64,000 nucleotides of DNA, taken from Sminthopsis crassicaudata. Lineage: Eukaryota. The translations under genes and the position numbers were made by a program. Where the stretch lies: positions 665,674,958 to 665,738,957 of the forward strand of contig NC_133617.1 of assembly GCF_048593235.1 (NCBI RefSeq), in the 5' to 3' direction. How positions within the stretch are numbered: position 1 is the stretch's first letter; every line of letters starts with the position of its first letter. Shown here piece after piece: positions 62,401 through 64,000 of the stretch. The notes under the pieces were generated by a model. It ran no database searches and was not told the origin of the DNA. It worked only from the letters and a program-made list of their open reading frames with translations.

Positions 62401-63789
62401 AGACTCATAGCAGTAAAGTGACTTGCCTAACTGCAAATGGAAAAGCTAGGATTTGAAACCAGGAGAACAATGAGAATTACTTGGATAAATATCCAGGAAT
62501 ATAGCCTCTAACTCCAAAGGAATCTTTCTAGTCTCTGTGTTTAATCTTATCTGATTTACTCATGATTGGTCTATTTAGAGGTACATGAGAGCTACTTATT
62601 TCAGTGTAGAAGTATATGGCCCCTAAGACCTCTGGGCCTGCTGATGTTTCTTTGTTCAGTCATTTTTCAGTTGTATTCCAATCTTAGTGATTCTACTTGG
62701 GGTTTTCTTGACTGGATGGTAGAATAATTTGCCATTTCCTTCTCCAGCTCATTTTCCAGATGAGGAAACTGAGGCAAACAATGCTAAATTACTTTCCTAG
62801 GGTCACACAGCTACTAAATGTCCAAGGCCAGATTTGAACTCAGGAAGATGAGTCTCCCTGACTCCACGCTCAACACTCTATCCACTGAGCCACCTAGCTG
62901 CCATGGGCCAACTGATAGGTGGACTTTAAATAGAATTAACTTCCTGGTAGCAATATGTATATATACACATACATGTATGTATATACCTCTTCATTATCCC
63001 AAATTACATAAAGATGGAGACTGAGGATTTAGCAATTAAGTGGAATAAATATGTCTACTTGTATTCTTCCTGTGTGAGTGTATCCATGAAGGTTGCATAT
63101 TAATCAATAAACCCTGTAGTTAGAAAACAAAGCTTTTATTTTCCTCCTTCTCTCTGAATTCAGAACTCACCATTCCTGATTCTCTCCTTCTCCTAGACTC
63201 CCAGTTCCTGCCCTTTGACCCATGGACAGCCCAGTATTCTGATGCTGAAGAAAACAGAGCATTCATTGCCTAGCAAAGAAAAATAACAATAACCCATTTC
63301 TATAGAAATTATAATACTATAATAATGTAATAATATAGTATTATAATACTCTAAAGCTTGAAAAGTATTTGCTTCACAACAACCTTGTAAGATAGATAAT
63401 ACAAATATTATCACCATTTTATAAATAAAGAAACTGAGGCATATAAAAGTTAAGTGACTTGACCAAATTTTCATATAGCTAATTGGAAATTTTAAACTAT
63501 TTTATTGGCTCAAACCTTTAATGCTCTCTACTCATTTACTACTTAGCATTTATTTTCTGACTTTATTTGTCTGTCCATCGATATCCTTTTCCAGTGCCTC
63601 ATCTTGGTATCAAGGTGATTCTGACTCTCAAAGACTTTATCAGAGAAGTAAAAGTTCTAATCAATATGAAAAAGCTTTGAGAAGGAATATATTGTGTGTA
63701 GAACAAGGAGGCCAGTATTGTTAGATCAAGGAGGTCCCCTGTTTTTCCTTCCTTTCCTCCCTTCCTTCTTCTCTAACTCATAGCATCAT

Positions 63790-64000
63790 TCATATGTTTG
63801 TGTATACATATGTATATGTGTATTTGCAAATATATGTATATACATGTATAACACATAGTGTGTATATATCTATGTGTGACTATGTGTATACATATATTAT
63901 ACATATATGTAATAAGTCTTCCTTCCTAGATATAAATATAGATATATATAGCATGATGATGTGGATATATATATATATATAAATATACACACACATATAT
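63790..64000. repeat. Degenerate (TA/TG)n low-complexity tract
   Basis: Direct inspection. Confidence 0.9.

Overview
Mammalian genomic DNA with a marsupial repeat landscape: short tRNA-head SINEs, CORE-SINEs with RTE-like tails, marsupial-type L1 3' ends and an OC1-like hAT MITE. A dasyuromorph origin is plausible but is inference only. The only host coding sequence I can support is the last two exons of WNT3A on the + strand: exon 3 at 1614-1879 and exon 4 at 5294-5773, which sits in a CpG island. The remaining ~58 kb is 3' UTR and intergenic DNA dense in MIR, L2, CR1 and L1 fragments. It contains a complete ORF1-only (HAL1-like) element with TSDs (19273-22195), a heavily deleted betaretrovirus-like provirus on the - strand (43148-47269, 6-bp TSD) and a solo LTR of the same family (49997-50363). 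The most unusual structure is inside the provirus: the RT N-terminus is fused to a six-copy, ABC-ABC array of a 57-bp (19-aa) unit that runs into a gamma-type Env immunosuppressive domain, and the pro gene carries a dUTPase-like domain with none of the catalytic motifs intact. Three non-repeat blocks (~14.0-14.85, ~29.5-29.73 and ~36.68-36.76 kb) look like regulatory elements. Two N-gaps are present. All repeat family names and motif calls were made by eye, without database searches.
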